From contig CM074513.1 in NCBI GenBank assembly GCA_037379345.1, positions 3,968,001 through 4,032,000 of the forward strand: a stretch of 64,000 nt of DNA, read 5' to 3'. Below are positions 12,048-27,000 of the stretch, piece by piece; position 1 is the stretch's first letter; each line of letters starts with the position of its first letter. The notes under the pieces are model-generated. The model did not search any database and was not told the origin of the DNA. It saw nothing but the letters and a program-made list of their open reading frames with translations. Source of the DNA: Perna viridis. Its lineage: Eukaryota. The position numbers were made by a program, and so were the translations under genes.

Positions 12048-15000
12048 ATGGCTAGCCAGTACATCAAAAGCAAAATACCACCAGACACAATTGTTAAATC
12101 TGCTGAAGATAAGAGGGTGTATGAAGGAATAGAATTGATAAATGGGATTAAAATCTTACTTATAAGTGACCCCGAAACAGACAAAGCTTCAGCTGCTATG
12201 GATGTCAATATTGGTTAGTTAAAAAATGTAAAGCTTTTCTTCAGTGTAGTGGGATGCATATTTAAGTATTTTTGCATTTTGTATAAAATCAGTGTAATGA
12301 AATGTGATTTTGCTAAAGTTCTCACCGACTTTGTATGTTAATACATGTAGATATACAAGTAGGTCACTGCAGGCGAAAAAATTATAATAACTTATAAATT
12401 TACTTTGAAATAGAAAATCAACTGCAATGAACATTGTTTTAGTATCATTTTCATATCAAGTTTTTTTTTTAAATTAAAAAAAAGTCTATGTACATGTATT
12501 AATATGATAATTAATTGGAAAGAGTGAATAACTGAAATATGATCACAAGTGCCGAAGAGCGCCTAGATTTATTAAGTATGCGGAACTTATAGATGTAGAT
12601 GGATAACATGTAAAATCAGTCAAATATTTTTTTTTTATTTAGGGCATATGAAAGATCCTGCTGAACTTCCAGGACTTGCTCATTTCTGTGAACATATGTT
12701 ATTTCTTGGGACTGAAAAGGTGATCTGGTTAAATGTGTTTTATATTTGCATGTAGATATACATGTATTTGAATAGAAGAGATTTGTGAAAAAAATTCTCT
12801 TTAAATGATTTTACTCAATCATTGATGAGGTCAAAGCTATCATTTATTATGTGTAATGAATAAAAGCAAAACGAAAGAAAAACAAACACAGCCATTCTAC
12901 CATGAAACATAGTAAAATTCAGTATCTACACCATGTAGTTTTTGTGAATAGTTGTGATATATGTGATATGAACATTGGTATATATGAGGTGCATTGTGAA
13001 TTTTGTTTGGTTTTTTTTTCTCACAATTTTTTAACAACCATTGAAGTCACCAAAACATAAAAATCTGTCATCAATGGCAATAAAAAACCTCTCCTCTTTT
13101 TCTCATTTCAGTTTGAACAAGAAAATGAATATAGTAAAGTAAGTATACATTATTGGGCCAAAGAAGGATAACCCTCTTAAACATTGTGTTGATTTTACTG
13201 AAGTAATAATCTGAATGGGACAATATTTATAATTCATATGAGGTATGAAAAAATCTGATTTTCTATATAAGAAAACCCTATGATGACGGCTGTATGTGGC
13301 CTTGTCAGCATTATCAGCCAATCAGATATTTTCAAGTGGTATGTCATGGACGATGGGCATTGATTGTGTCATATGTCATATCTAATTTGTGACTTTGCAA
13401 CATAATAATCCTTCCATTTGAATTTACTTGTGTATAAGATAGAATTTCTCAACTCTTATGTAAAAAGTCCCAGATCTTCAATAGGTACTTGTTGAAGAAT
13501 GTATTATTCTCTTACACCAATCTTCAAAAAAATTATTTGTTTCAGTTCTTGAATGAACATGGTGGTAGCTCCAATGCCTACACATCATCTGAACATACTA
13601 ATTATTACTTTGATGTTTCACCAGAACACCTCTCTGGAGCATTAGACAGGTAAGTATTTGAAAACTCATCGTTTTTTATTGATTTATAAATGAAAATTAC
13701 AAATAAAAAAATAATAATTGTTTATCACTTGAAATTTAAGCTCGAGATAATATATATTGCTGAACTTCATTGACTCAAACTTTGATGGTTCAAACACCTG
13801 GATTTTCTCAAATGCAATTCAATGTACCAAAATTTTCTCTTACATAATCAAGGTAAATAACTTCAGATTTCTCAAACACTCCAACTGACTAGTTGGTCCA
13901 CAGGTTAATGAATCTTAAAGAATAACCCTCATTCTCTTTCACAGTGTTATCAGTTCTTTTTCTCCTTGTAAGGGAGATAAAGGACCTTTAATTTTGTGGA
14001 AGAGTTTGACTCAAACTTGTCAGCCATTTTGTCAGCTTGGGTAATAAAAGGTGTGAAAAACTGGAACCCTGTCATTAATCAAAGTGTCATTTTATGTGAT
14101 TACAGGTAATATTTATGTCATCACTATTAGGTATTTTTAATTTAACAAAAAGTACTGATTGAAGTTCGTGAATGTTCTGAAGACCTCATGATGGAAGCAT
14201 CAAAGAAAATGAAATGAAAACAAATTACTGACCCATGAACTTGAACTCTGAAAGTATTTAAAAGCAAACACAGTATTTTTGATATCAGCAAATCAACAGA
14301 ACCTTCAAAAGCTAATAAAAAATATCCTAGAACTAACAAAACATCATAGGAAGTACCAGAAAGTAATTTCTAACAAGTTGAACTCGGACTGGCAATGAAA
14401 TAAATCTAGAAATCTTTGAACTTCAATTTCTCAAACTCCCGATAACTCAAACACATTTCATTGGTCCCTTGGGGTTCGAGCTACCAAGGTAAGACTGTAA
14501 TTTTATGGTATAATTGAAGTTAGAAATTAAAAATTTTCTTAGGTTTTCACAATTCTTCTTGTGTCCGTTATTCACTGAGAGTGCAACAGAAAGAGAGGTG
14601 AATGCGGTCAACTCAGAGAATGACAAAAATTTACAGAGTGATCCATGGAGGATTCATCAGCTTGAAAAGGCACTAACTGACCCATCACACGATTATGCTA
14701 AGTTTGGAACAGGTATGACCTATTTGATTGAAAACGTTTGATAGACCTTTCGTCAACAGGTTGGGAATATGGATGTATATGGTTGTCCTAATGTCCTTCC
14801 TTCAATCTCTCTATACATATAATTAAAGAACCTTTCTATAAAATCTTTTCAACCTGAAGCATAAAATAAAGGGTCAAAGTTTATTATGGTGTATGTTGCT
14901 TTAGTATTCATTAGTTACCGGTACATGCTTGCGCTTTTTCACTTTAAAATTTTTAAATGCAGGAGTAGTTGTGATCATCCTGTCAACTTCAATATCATAA

Positions 15001-18000
15001 GTGAAACAGTTTCTTGCTTTTAATACATAAATATATTAGGCACTTTTTCACCAAGGGAGTCACCCGTAAAAGTTTTATTAATGTTTTGTATTAAACTTTA
15101 TACTTTATCAAGAGACCTGAACAACCACCCATATTCAAAGAATAAAAGTGTCTTCCCCCACACCTTATATGTTTTACTGGAACAGCCCGAAGCTAATTGT
15201 ATTATGTACCAGTATAAATCTGATATTCATTTATGATGTGCTTAAAAAGGGCTTTAGTCTACAGCTGTAGTTAAACTTCGATAAACATATGATCTATATC
15301 ATAGACTTACGACTGTCTTATTTCCAATGTGATGAATAAGTTTTACCCGATTCTTCAATTAGATATTTATGAAATCGGTTTGTTTTGAAGTACATGTAAC
15401 GTTGAAATTGATATCCAAATTTTGACATTCAATTTCAAATGTAAGAGCTTTATGTTCAACACTAATATTATCCATGGTATATGTCTTTATGAAATCAGTA
15501 ATGCTCATTTATTTTACAAAACTAAATGATAACACCCTAAATAAGATCACTAGTAATGAAAGTTTGACAAGTTTATCATATTAGAAGATTACAATTGAAT
15601 ATACATGTACATAGTTTCAGAATGTGCATTCTTTTGTAGGCAATAAAGATACGTTAGACACAATACCAAAGTCTAAAGGCCTGAATGTCAGGGAGGAACT
15701 CTTAAAGTTTCATGGGCAGTATTACTCCTCTAACATTATGGGCATGTGTGTTCTTGGAAAAGGTAAATATTCGAGGTGAAACCTGTCTAAACTGATCCCT
15801 GAATAACCTAAAAACCTGTCTAAACCAAACACTTTTTTTAAGTCCCATCATATCAATTTATATGTATTATGAACCTTGGTAAACCAAACACCTGTCTAAA
15901 AGAATTTATTTTCCTAAACAGGTTTGGTTTAGACAGGTTTTACTGTAATGCAGCAGTGTGTAAAACATTTAACACAGAATGTGTAACTTTAGTGTGAAGT
16001 TTGTTGCAAATAACAGTCACTGTTACTTTACTGTGTACTATAAACTTTCAAAAATGTCTAGCAAAACATACCATGTTCTAAGCTACTATAGCAATTATTA
16101 AATTTACCGATCTTTCTTTGCTTTAAAGATGAATTCTGCTTTTTAAATCAGGACCTTACTCTTACAATTTTTTTCTGTAATTTTTTTTATTCTGTATTTG
16201 CTTGTGATAATGCTTGACCTTCATTTATTCCCCTTTAGAAACAATTGATGAGTTGGCAGATATGGTCATACCAATGGTAGCCAATGTAGAGAATAAAAAT
16301 GTTACAGTACCAGAGTGGCAGAACCATCCTGTAACTCAACAACAGATGAAGGTATGGAATTATCAAGTTCAGAAAATAAGTTGTGGAAAATTGATTTTTT
16401 GGTAGTTGAATTTACGGTAGATCAAACCTATTACAGGGAGCCTTTATTCTGTTACCTTATAAAATCACACAGAAGTATGTATTTTTAATGATCAAATAGT
16501 CTTTGTAAAGGTACCAAAAAATTTCTTAAAATTATTCAAAAATGTTTATGGAAATTTTTGTTTTTTTCATGTTATAAGAAATGATATACCTTAAGATACT
16601 TGCAGCCAGGACAGTTGAAGTTAGTCCTTTAATAGGTGTAGACTGTAGAATTGAATATTGGATACGAAGTGATGTCTTGAATTTCGGAAATCTTGAAAAA
16701 GTGTGAACTGGTTTTTCTCAGTTGAAAGCTGAAGGCTATATTCTTGTTCTATGTTCTGTTTTTTTTTTTTATATATATTTTACCTGCATCAACGATGGTG
16801 AAAACAGGTGTAGTTAGGATCATTTATTCTCTTTTCATTTTAACTTTGTGTACCCCACTGTTCATTAGACTTAGGGTCATTGCTGAAGTAAAAACTATGG
16901 TATTGTTGCCTTCTATATGAAACCAAAATTTGAGGACTAGCTTTTGGTATTCAGTTTTCTATGGACAATGTTTTAGCTTCAGCTCTTCAAACCTGTAAAT
17001 ATTGATATTTATTACAGAAAATATCCTACATTGTACCAGTGAAGGATGTCAGAAACCTTTCAATGTCATGGCCAATCATGGATCTCCATCCTTACTACAA
17101 ATGTAATGTAAGTGTTCTAAAAAGTGAAAATTTCTCCTGTTTTTTTTCGTTTATTTGTGGATTTGATGGAATAAGACCTTTATATTACTCCTAGGCTGTA
17201 AGAGGGTAATATATTTTTGTATTTTTTTTCATATGTATGTTTGTGGATTTTGTGGAAAAACACATTTCTATCAATTCTAGGGTGTAGATTGGTAACTTTT
17301 ACATCTGAAGTCCATTCAAGTAATTTCTTCACTTTTAAACCAATAAGGGAGGGAGGAATTTCTTTTGACTATTTTTGCCTCATAAGAGTGATTAGGGTGT
17401 GTTTAACATTGTTCTGAGCAAGAAAAAAATGATAGGGATATGCTTTTTGGGTTTTATATTATTGATAAAGTGTTAAAATGAGCAAATGATGCACCATCAA
17501 AAGAGACAGGAAGGGCTTGAGAAATAAGAAATTATATGTAGTTGGCCATAGTTGATGATTTGTGCTTATAGGAGACTATGGACAACTGTTCACACTAACG
17601 ACTTAGTTTTCAAATAGTCTGGATAGAGCAATAATACATTGTTATTTCTTACAGCCAGGTCATTATCTAGGACATTTAGTTGGCCATGAAGGAAAAGGAA
17701 GTTTGTTGTCGGAATTGAAAAACAGAGGTATGATTTCCATTATACTACTTGTACTAAGATTAAAAATTTTTTATTGGCATCATACTTTTATTACCACCAT
17801 AACCTTGGTTCCTTTGATTACTCTTATTAGAACATTTGTGCAAGCATATTTTATAAAGGTGAACTTAGAATCGAGCAAGCTCGCTACTGTGCAAAAAAAA
17901 TCAACATTAAAATGCAATTTCCTTCAGAAGATTTACTTTAAAATGAAATTTTCAGGTTGGGTAAACACGTTATGTGGTGGTCAGTCTCCAGGAGCCAATG

Positions 18001-21000
18001 GTTTTATGTTCTTCAAGGTGGACGTAGATCTGACAGAGGAAGGCCAAGGTAAATGCTTTTATCTTTCAAAGGTCTCAGTATAGTGTTCTTGCCTCAAGTG
18101 CAGAAGGTCGTGGATTTGATTTGGGAGCAAGTTCAATTTTCTTTTGATCTGGGTATAACTTGTTTCAATTTTTTAATCAAAATGTTAATTATTGGGCCAT
18201 CAAATAGGTAAAGGCTTTGTAAGACCTTCATATTGGGCCCCTGATATTTCAAGCATTACTTAAGGAGGTAGACCTAAGGTAATGGACACAACTCATACAA
18301 ATCATTGAAACGTTTGTATTCAGCATTTTACATCACTCTCGTGTAAGCATTGAAGAAACTTGGATTGATTTCTTTCTGTCTCAAATGAAAGCTTGATAGG
18401 CTTTGGTGAAATTGAATATGATACAAACATATCACTGATTTTATGAGTTATGTCCCTTACCCTTGGTCTACCTCCTTAAATAAATGTTATTGACTGCCAA
18501 CATACTTTATTTGAAACCGGTTTCATATCAGCTATGGACATTTTCCTACCACACCCATTTGGAAACCACATATGTAAAAAAAGGACAAAAAATGACAATT
18601 TTTGGTCGGAATATCCAATTTTGGTGGTGTGATACATTGTTCAAGAATTTTTTTAATTAATAGTAATATCTCTTTTGCAACATTTTGTTTGTATAAAACA
18701 AACTAGCTGTTTTTGTTAATAACAACTTTTTTTTCTGTGTACTTTCAGAACATGTTGATGATATTATAACTCTTACCTATCAGTATATTAACATGTTACG
18801 GAGAGAGGGTCCTAAACAATGGATATTTGACGAGTGCAAGGTAAATTGAACAATAACCTGACAATGCAGTGTTTCAAACTTTATTAAGTGTTTCTTAAAT
18901 GTCAAGGTTTACCACCTATGTCATGCAATTGTCAAGGTTACTACTGATCCTACCATCAGTCAAATGTCAAGGTTACTACTGATCTTACCGTCAGTCAAAT
19001 GTCAAGGTTATTACTGATTCTACTGTCACTCAAATGTCAAGGTTACTACTGTTCCTACCGTCACTCAAATGTCAAGGTTACCACCGATCCCATTGTCACT
19101 CAAATGTCATGGTTACTACTGATCCTACTATCACTCAACCGGCAAGGTTACCACCAAGCATACTGTCACTCAAATGTCAAGGTTACTACTGATCCTACTG
19201 TCACTCAAATGTCAAGGTTACTACTGCTTCTACTGTCAGTCAAATGCCAAGGTTACTACTGATCCTACTGTCACTCAAATGTCAAGGTTACTACTGATCC
19301 TACTATCAGTAAATTGTCAAGGTTACTACTAGTCCTGCTGTCAGTAAATTGTCATGGTCAGTTAGTTATATGAGGGGATGATATGCTGTGAAGGTAGACA
19401 TCTTGGATAAGTGGTACAGTAAAACAATTAATTTTTGTGAGTGTAATAAAACAATTGAGAAAATATCCCCCCACAATATGAAATGCATGTTTTACAGAAT
19501 GCTATTTGCAAAAGAAAAAGGGGGCAGTATTGAATTGATATCATGAAACACAAAAATCATTTGGGTTTACAATATTTTGGGGATTTTCTCAGTCAAATAT
19601 TTCAGGTGAGTGTAAACTTTGTGGTCTTTTAAGAATTCTAAAAATGAACAAGGAAATAATTGTGTGCTAGTTATTTTCACAGATATTTTATGACCACAAA
19701 TGTAGTGAAAATTTTCTTGTTACAATACACCCACATTTGCTTACACTTTTTAAAAAATCTTTTTTTTTTAGCAATATTATAAAGCAGCAACATAAACATA
19801 CCATTTTATTTGAAGATTTGTTTAAAAGTAATTGGTGAACCACTTTAGTATCTATTTCAGGATTTGAGTGCAATGACATTCAGATTTAAAGGCAAAGAAA
19901 AGCCCAGGAATTATACAACACATGTAGCAGGTTTAATACACGTAACAAACTTTATTATTATACTTTATGTTGGTTTAATTACTTTGTGATCTGTTAGATT
20001 CTATTTATTTTCATTTAATTTTAATAGGAACAATACAATCAAAAGGTAATGATTGAATATTAATTTTATTGGTACAGGTATCTTAGCTGTGAACCTAAAA
20101 GCCTTATAACAAATTAAACCTGTAGCTAAATATTTATTTCTTATCTAAAACCATGTGAACCAAAACATCCATCTTTACCTGACAAACTTTTGTTATTGCA
20201 GCTATAATGTTTGTATTCCAGTAACTGAAATCAATACAATGATAGAAAAAAGGAATAGATATGGTGATATACGTCATTCTGCTATATAGATGACGTATTA
20301 TCTTTAAACAATCCTAATTTCGGGGATTTGATACATCACATATACCCAAAAGAACTTTAGATAAAGGATACTACAGACACTGTGAGGTCAGCCTCATATC
20401 TTGACCTACACTTAGAAATCGCTGGTAAAGGACAAACGTGATGACTTTTCATTCAGAATTTTGTCAAATTTCCTTTCATTTGTGGCAACATCCCTTCAGC
20501 ACCTGCGTATGGAGTGTTCATATCACAACTCATACGTTATGCCAGAGCTTGTCGAAACTATGCAGACTTTTTGTATTGCTTCAGAATTCTAACAAATAGG
20601 CTTCTGGAACAGGGTTATGTTGCTACAAGATTGAAGTTATCACTACAGAAGTTTTATGGTCGTCATCATGAACTCATGGATCACCAAGGTGTATCCATCT
20701 GCGCCATGAAAACTGATTTGTTCAACGTGTCATAGTTTTCCTTTCCTCTTTTGTCTACCTCAGACTTGACTTTTTATGAACAATTCAGTAGGTGTTTCTA
20801 GAAAAGCAGAGGATGCTTACCTACTGGTGCACCTGATCCACGCTCCCAGTTTTTAATGGAGTCCGAGTTGCTCATTTGCTTTTGTTACTTTGTATGTATG
20901 ATTTTAGTTACTTTATGTTCTTTGTTGTGTATGTCTGTTTTCCATGTCTGGTCTGTCCCATGATTACATTCTTTTCATTACCGCTATAACATTGTTTCCC

Positions 21001-24000
21001 TTGATTACTCTTTCAAAATAAATAATAATTCAAATAATGACACAGAGACTCATGAATGACCAACATTGATATAAGGGCAAAATCATTCTTTTCTAACCAA
21101 GTACCATGCTGCTAATGCAGCAGACAACTTAGTAATAGTGGACAAACTTCTGAAATTGACAAAATTAGATTAAGGCAATCACCAAAAGCATGTTTCATTC
21201 TTAAATTATTTGTTGAAAATTTTGAATTTAATCTTGAACTTGATATCATGAAGAAATAAATCATGTGATAATAAACAATGCAGGGCCAAAATTTACTTAA
21301 AGATTTCAAAAGACATAAAATGAGATCTTCACTTTATATTGACTGTACTGGAATGCTGTTCAATTAAATCATGCTTTGAAGTCTCTATCTCAGTCTCTAT
21401 ACTATAAGGATTAACTGAATACCTCCCTAAACAAAACATGATCTTCTGAGAAGAGTCAGTAACACTAACCTGACCACAAGTTTGTGACTGGTAACTTTTG
21501 GATAGGATTGGCGGAGAATTATGAAAATTTAATTATCTGTGTAGCAAACTAAGTAAAACTTAAGCTCAGGGCTGGTTACATCTTTTAGTGAATTTCCAAC
21601 AAGTCACTGTATTATTATGCAGAAATTCTGGTTTACTTGTCATGATATAATAACTGTTACATTTCAGTTTTTTTTTTAGTTTTATAATTTCAGACATTAA
21701 TTTGATATGAACATTTTTGTTTTTCTATCCACAGAAATACAGTATTCCAGAAGTACTCAGTGGTCCATATCTGATGTCAGAGTTTCAACCAGATCTTATT
21801 ACCATGATTTTAGATAAATTACAGCCTGAATGTATGAGGTAGGGTATTTAGTAATTTAATCCATCTTGTAATTCACACTTATTGGAATTAAATTATGATC
21901 AGAGTACTTGATATTCCTAAAGAATCATCTTGGACTCGTCTAATTGTAAAGTTATGCATACCTGGACATGTCCGCATGGCTTTATCAGCTGCATTCTATA
22001 AGTGGCAAATTTTGACAAATGAAAAGTAAGTCTAATTTCATAAATCATAATGATTTTAATTGTTAGACTCACCATGATAAAATTCTGAGGAGTACTCTTT
22101 AAGATTATCTAATTCTGCAAACTCCACATTCTATGGATATTTCATTTGATTAAGCATGAAACTTTATTCAGTGAATTAGGATGTGTCAGAATTTTTTTTA
22201 TTACATGTACTTGAAGTATTTTTATTTATTGAGCACTATTTTCATATGCTGGTCTTTTGATGGATATATTATGGTATAGCAAGGCCATCCGTCCATCTGC
22301 AGATTCACATGTACTATAACACATAAATGTATTGAGGATTTTATTTGGGTACATTGTTTGTCTTTACGGAAGAAAGATATTAAAATAAGAAGCTTTTTTT
22401 GTTTCATTGTTTTTCTGATATTCCCTATCAGAGTTATGTGACTGGGTGGGGGGATGGGGTATCAAATGTTTTTTATATACTGGTTGCTATTTCCAGTTGG
22501 TTTTTATATGCCTGTCTAAGATGTGATGTATTTTTATACGCCTGTCTAAGACGGGGACGTATTATGGTATACCGTTGTCCATCCATCTGTCTGTCGTCCA
22601 CAATTAGGTCAATAACTCATAAACACTATCACCTAATTTTATGAAACTTTAGTGATTTGTTCATATCTATTGACGTAAGCTCCCTTTCGATTTTTATAAA
22701 TTTTAGATTTATCGTTTTGTGTAATCAATTTTTATACTTAAACAAGGGGGATTTTCAAGTTTCCAGACAGTAACTCAAAAACACATCACCAACTTTTATG
22801 AAACTTTGATGAATTGTTCATATCTATTGACATAAGTTCCTTTTCGATTTTTATAAATTTCAGATTGATTGTTTCTGTGTGATGAATTTTTTTACTTTAA
22901 AAAGGGAGATTTTCAAGTTTTCGCACAATATCTCAAAAAGACTTTCATCAACTTTTATGAAACTTTGATGAATTGATCATATCTATTGATGTAAGCTCCC
23001 TTTCGATTTGTATGAATGTCAAATTTTACATTTCCTTGTTTTGAAGTTTTACTCTTAAAAAAAAAGGTGGAAATGACCAAGGAAATTATATTTGTTGAAT
23101 AATCGTTGAAAACAGACCATTTGTTATGATGATCGACTAATAAATATCAAAGGTACTTGGTAACCTTGTCAGAAAAGTATGTTTTGAACAAGAAAGAAAT
23201 GTATCGGTGAAAAATCAAGACAACAAACATAGTTAAACTTGAGGTAGCCTTGATAGTGATAATTTTTTTTTTGGGTGGGGTGGGGGGGAGTATTTGACCG
23301 GGCTCACAGTATTTAAAGTTAATCATATAAATTCATTAAAAGCATAAGGACAAGTTAATAGATGGGCGTATCATGTACTTAAAGCGCAGCTCTTTATTGT
23401 TTATATGCTTAAAAAAAACTGTTATGGCACAATTGTCTTTGTCCATAGACTTTTAATTTCACACAATAACTTGAGAGTTAGTGTATTGATCTTTATGGTT
23501 CCATGAAAAATACAGTTGGGATTGAATTTAAGGGTTATTACTTTAATTGGGAATCAGGGGACAAAATAAAATATTTTACAATAACTTTAGTGAGATTCCT
23601 ATTTACATTCAGTATTTTAATGGTGGATACTCAGTATTTGATAAATGCAGAATTGCAAATTTTCAATTTTTTAGCCACTTTCATTCTAGTCCAAATCTTA
23701 CCATGTGTCAAACATTTAATCACAATCCAAATTCAGAGCTGTATCTAGCTTTAATGTTGTGCCTAGTACTTGCCACAAGTGGCCAGAGTTGGATCTCTGT
23801 AGTCGAATATTTTATTGTTTTTGTTTTTTTTTATGGATGGTCCAACAAGAATTAATGCCAAACACAATGTCCATTGGTTAAGCTATATTTGATATATTAG
23901 ATGGGGGATTATACACCAACACAATGAGTTTCTAAGTTCTTTTTCTGGAGAAATAAATTTTTTGGAAATCAGATTTGTAGTCATCAACAAAAGACAACAT

Positions 24001-27000
24001 CAAGCCATTTTGTAATTTATAGAACAGTTTTATGTGAAATAAACAAATAAAATTTTACTGCTATTTAACAGTTGTTTTATCCATCAATGCCGTTTTCTTG
24101 CATTTCATAGTTTGTATGAAGAACCATAACTAGCTTCTTATTTTTCTCTCAAAACACGCCGTCCTAATTATAACTTCTTTACCTGTGTGTGTTGGAGCAT
24201 TAAATACAGAATAACCAGAGTGCCAACCTGTCCGTGGGCCCATTGTCAATTAATTCTTAGCGGGAGTACTACTTAATAATGTTTTGTCAAAACTACAAGA
24301 ATTTGATTAAACACTTATATTGTAGCAAGATTTCTCTGTTACTTCAACTGCACATACAAGTACTATACTTTATATATTTTCAGGGTTTTTGTAGTTAGCA
24401 AGAAATATGAAGGGGAAACAAATTTAAAAGAAGAATGGTATGGTACAGATTACAGTATTGAAGATATTCCAGATTCCAAGATTCAGGTTGGCATTATTTG
24501 GGCACAGCAGAGCTAAAAAGCATTTTCTGACTATATGTCTGTTGTCAGATATATGAAAAAAATACTAAAGCAATATACAATGGTCAAAATGAAAATGATA
24601 TTTGAAATTAAAGCTTTGTCCAGTGCTTACAATATAATTAAAAGGAGTATAATAAAATGTTTGCCTTCCCTTTTTCAGAAAGCTACTCTTTCTCAAGAAT
24701 TTGTGATCAAATACAGCCAAAAACCAGTGTTTGTTTGGTTTGAGGACTATAACTTATTAAAGTAAAATGTATGTATCTCAATGAAATTTTGTAATACATG
24801 TTTTTTTATGCATCAAAGAATTAAAATATGTTACTGATTTATAGATGTGGAAGAAGTGTGGAGAACATGAAAATTTAACTTTACCACAGAAAAATGATTT
24901 CATACCAACAGATTTTGAACTGGTTCCTAGGGAAACAGAAGCTGTAAGTTGAATAAATTGTTGCGAGTTGTTCTTAAGTGGAGGATAACCTACCAGTTAC
25001 CGTAAGCACTGATACAGAAGTGTTTCTACCGATAGCTTGTAAACTCTTACCTTTGAAAACAATATTTAGTATCTTAAATTGTATGTTTCATTTTCGTTTT
25101 CCTGTACATGGGAATCCTGACATACATTGAAACCAAAAAAACAATTTGTTTGACATGAACAGGTTGATATACTGGTCTAAACTTAGCGTTCTCTATTAGT
25201 TACTTCATTTTATCTATGTACATGTAGTTGTTTTTTTCTATTGTACATGTAATATACATATACTTAAATAGGGATTTCAGGCTTCAAGCATATTGTAACA
25301 CATTATTATTTTAATTCAGAATTATTTTTGATTAAAGAAAATAAGTAAAAAAAATATTTATGAAACTTATTCCTACTAAATGGGTTGGTCATGCCATCAT
25401 TGCTTAGTTGGTTGGCAGTGGGGTGGGGGGAGGTAGTAAGTTTTCCTTGCCTATTGTTATCCAACTACCTTACCCCCTAGCCATGCCAGCATGACTAACC
25501 CCCTTAGTAAGGGTTAGTTTCTGCAAATTAATCTTTTGGTCATTTTAATATACATGGACAAATGGCATCAGTATTTGAAGAAAGTTGTTTCTCATTGGCT
25601 ACTATTAAAGAATTTGGGTAAAAAAAAGTTTCTACAATATGCATTTCACCACAATCCAAAAACCAACTGTTTACCATGTAAGACCACCTTATTTTGTACC
25701 TGTAAAAGCCCAAACTGTCAATTGTATCATAAATGCATTTACAAATTGGGTGAAGAATGATTCAGTTAAAGGTTTAATCTTGGCTAAGTTTAGAATCATT
25801 TAAATGTTTTAGGCTGCTTTGCCTGAGTTAATAAAAGACAGTGCTATGACACAGCTCTGGTTCAAACAAGATGATACATATCTCCTGCCAAAAGCCTGTA
25901 TAAGCTTTGAATTGATTAGGTAAGTCAGTAGGTCTCCTTCTGTTATAAACCTTTAGTTGAGAAGGTAAGCTCTAAGCTTGTACATTGCAAGTCAGATTAT
26001 TGGTCTTAGTGGTTGTTTCAAGCTTTTGGAACAGTTTTTAAGTTGAAAGCCAGTCTATTAGTGATTTTCCTTGATCAATCACAATTCTGTTTTTTTGGTT
26101 ATTTTTTATCATCCTTAGTTTTATCAATAGCTGTTTACAGTATTTAGTTTATTTTGCTACTTGAGGTTGATCTCTTGTCTACTCCTGTTAACCTTGGTGT
26201 GGAGTACAAATGTATACTTCTAGTTTAAAAATTTCGAACATTTACTTTTGGGGAAGTTATTTGTAGAAAAAACAAATTATAAGGGAAACTTTTTTTAATC
26301 AATTAAAAATCAATTGTTGATTTAACAAAAAGAACTTAAAATTTTTGATACAAAAAGTCAGTGCAATATTTTGTTGTTTTTTTTTCTGAAATTAGTTATT
26401 GTATTTCTGAAAATGCAACTTCCAAGTATGGAATTTTTCTAGGTCACAAAGAGCCCAACAACTGTAACTGAATGTACCTATTTCTTATCATTTCTGCCCA
26501 CTAGGTAACTCAGACCACAATAACTAAAACTAGATGTACCAGTAGCTATTCTTTATCATTTCAGCCCAATAAGTCCCACAGATCCTAACAACTGTTGCTC
26601 GATGTACCTATTCCTTATCATTTCAGCCCACTAGGTCCCACATACTCCAAAAAATGTAACTTGATATACCTCTTCCCTATCATTTCAGCCCACTAGGTCC
26701 CACAGACCCCAACACTTGTAACTTGATGTACCTATTCCTTATCATTTCAGCCCATTAGGTTGCACAGACACCAACAACTGTACATTGATGTACTTATTCC
26801 ATATTGTTTCAGCCCACTAGGTCACACAGACCCCAACAATTTCAGCTTTATGTACCTATTCCGTATCATTTCAGCCCACTAGGTCACACATACCCCAACA
26901 ATTGTAACTTGATGCATCTATTCCTTATCATTTCAGCCCACTTGGTCACACAAACCCCATTCAACTGTAATTAGATGTACTTATTTCTTATCATTTCAGC

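Noticed and set aside
26439-27000. 62-bp array as a CRISPR array or a set of mutually exclusive exons
   Set aside because: There are no unique spacers and no cas genes, and the context is eukaryotic. Copies contain only the first third of the exon and lack its donor, so they are not complete alternative exons.
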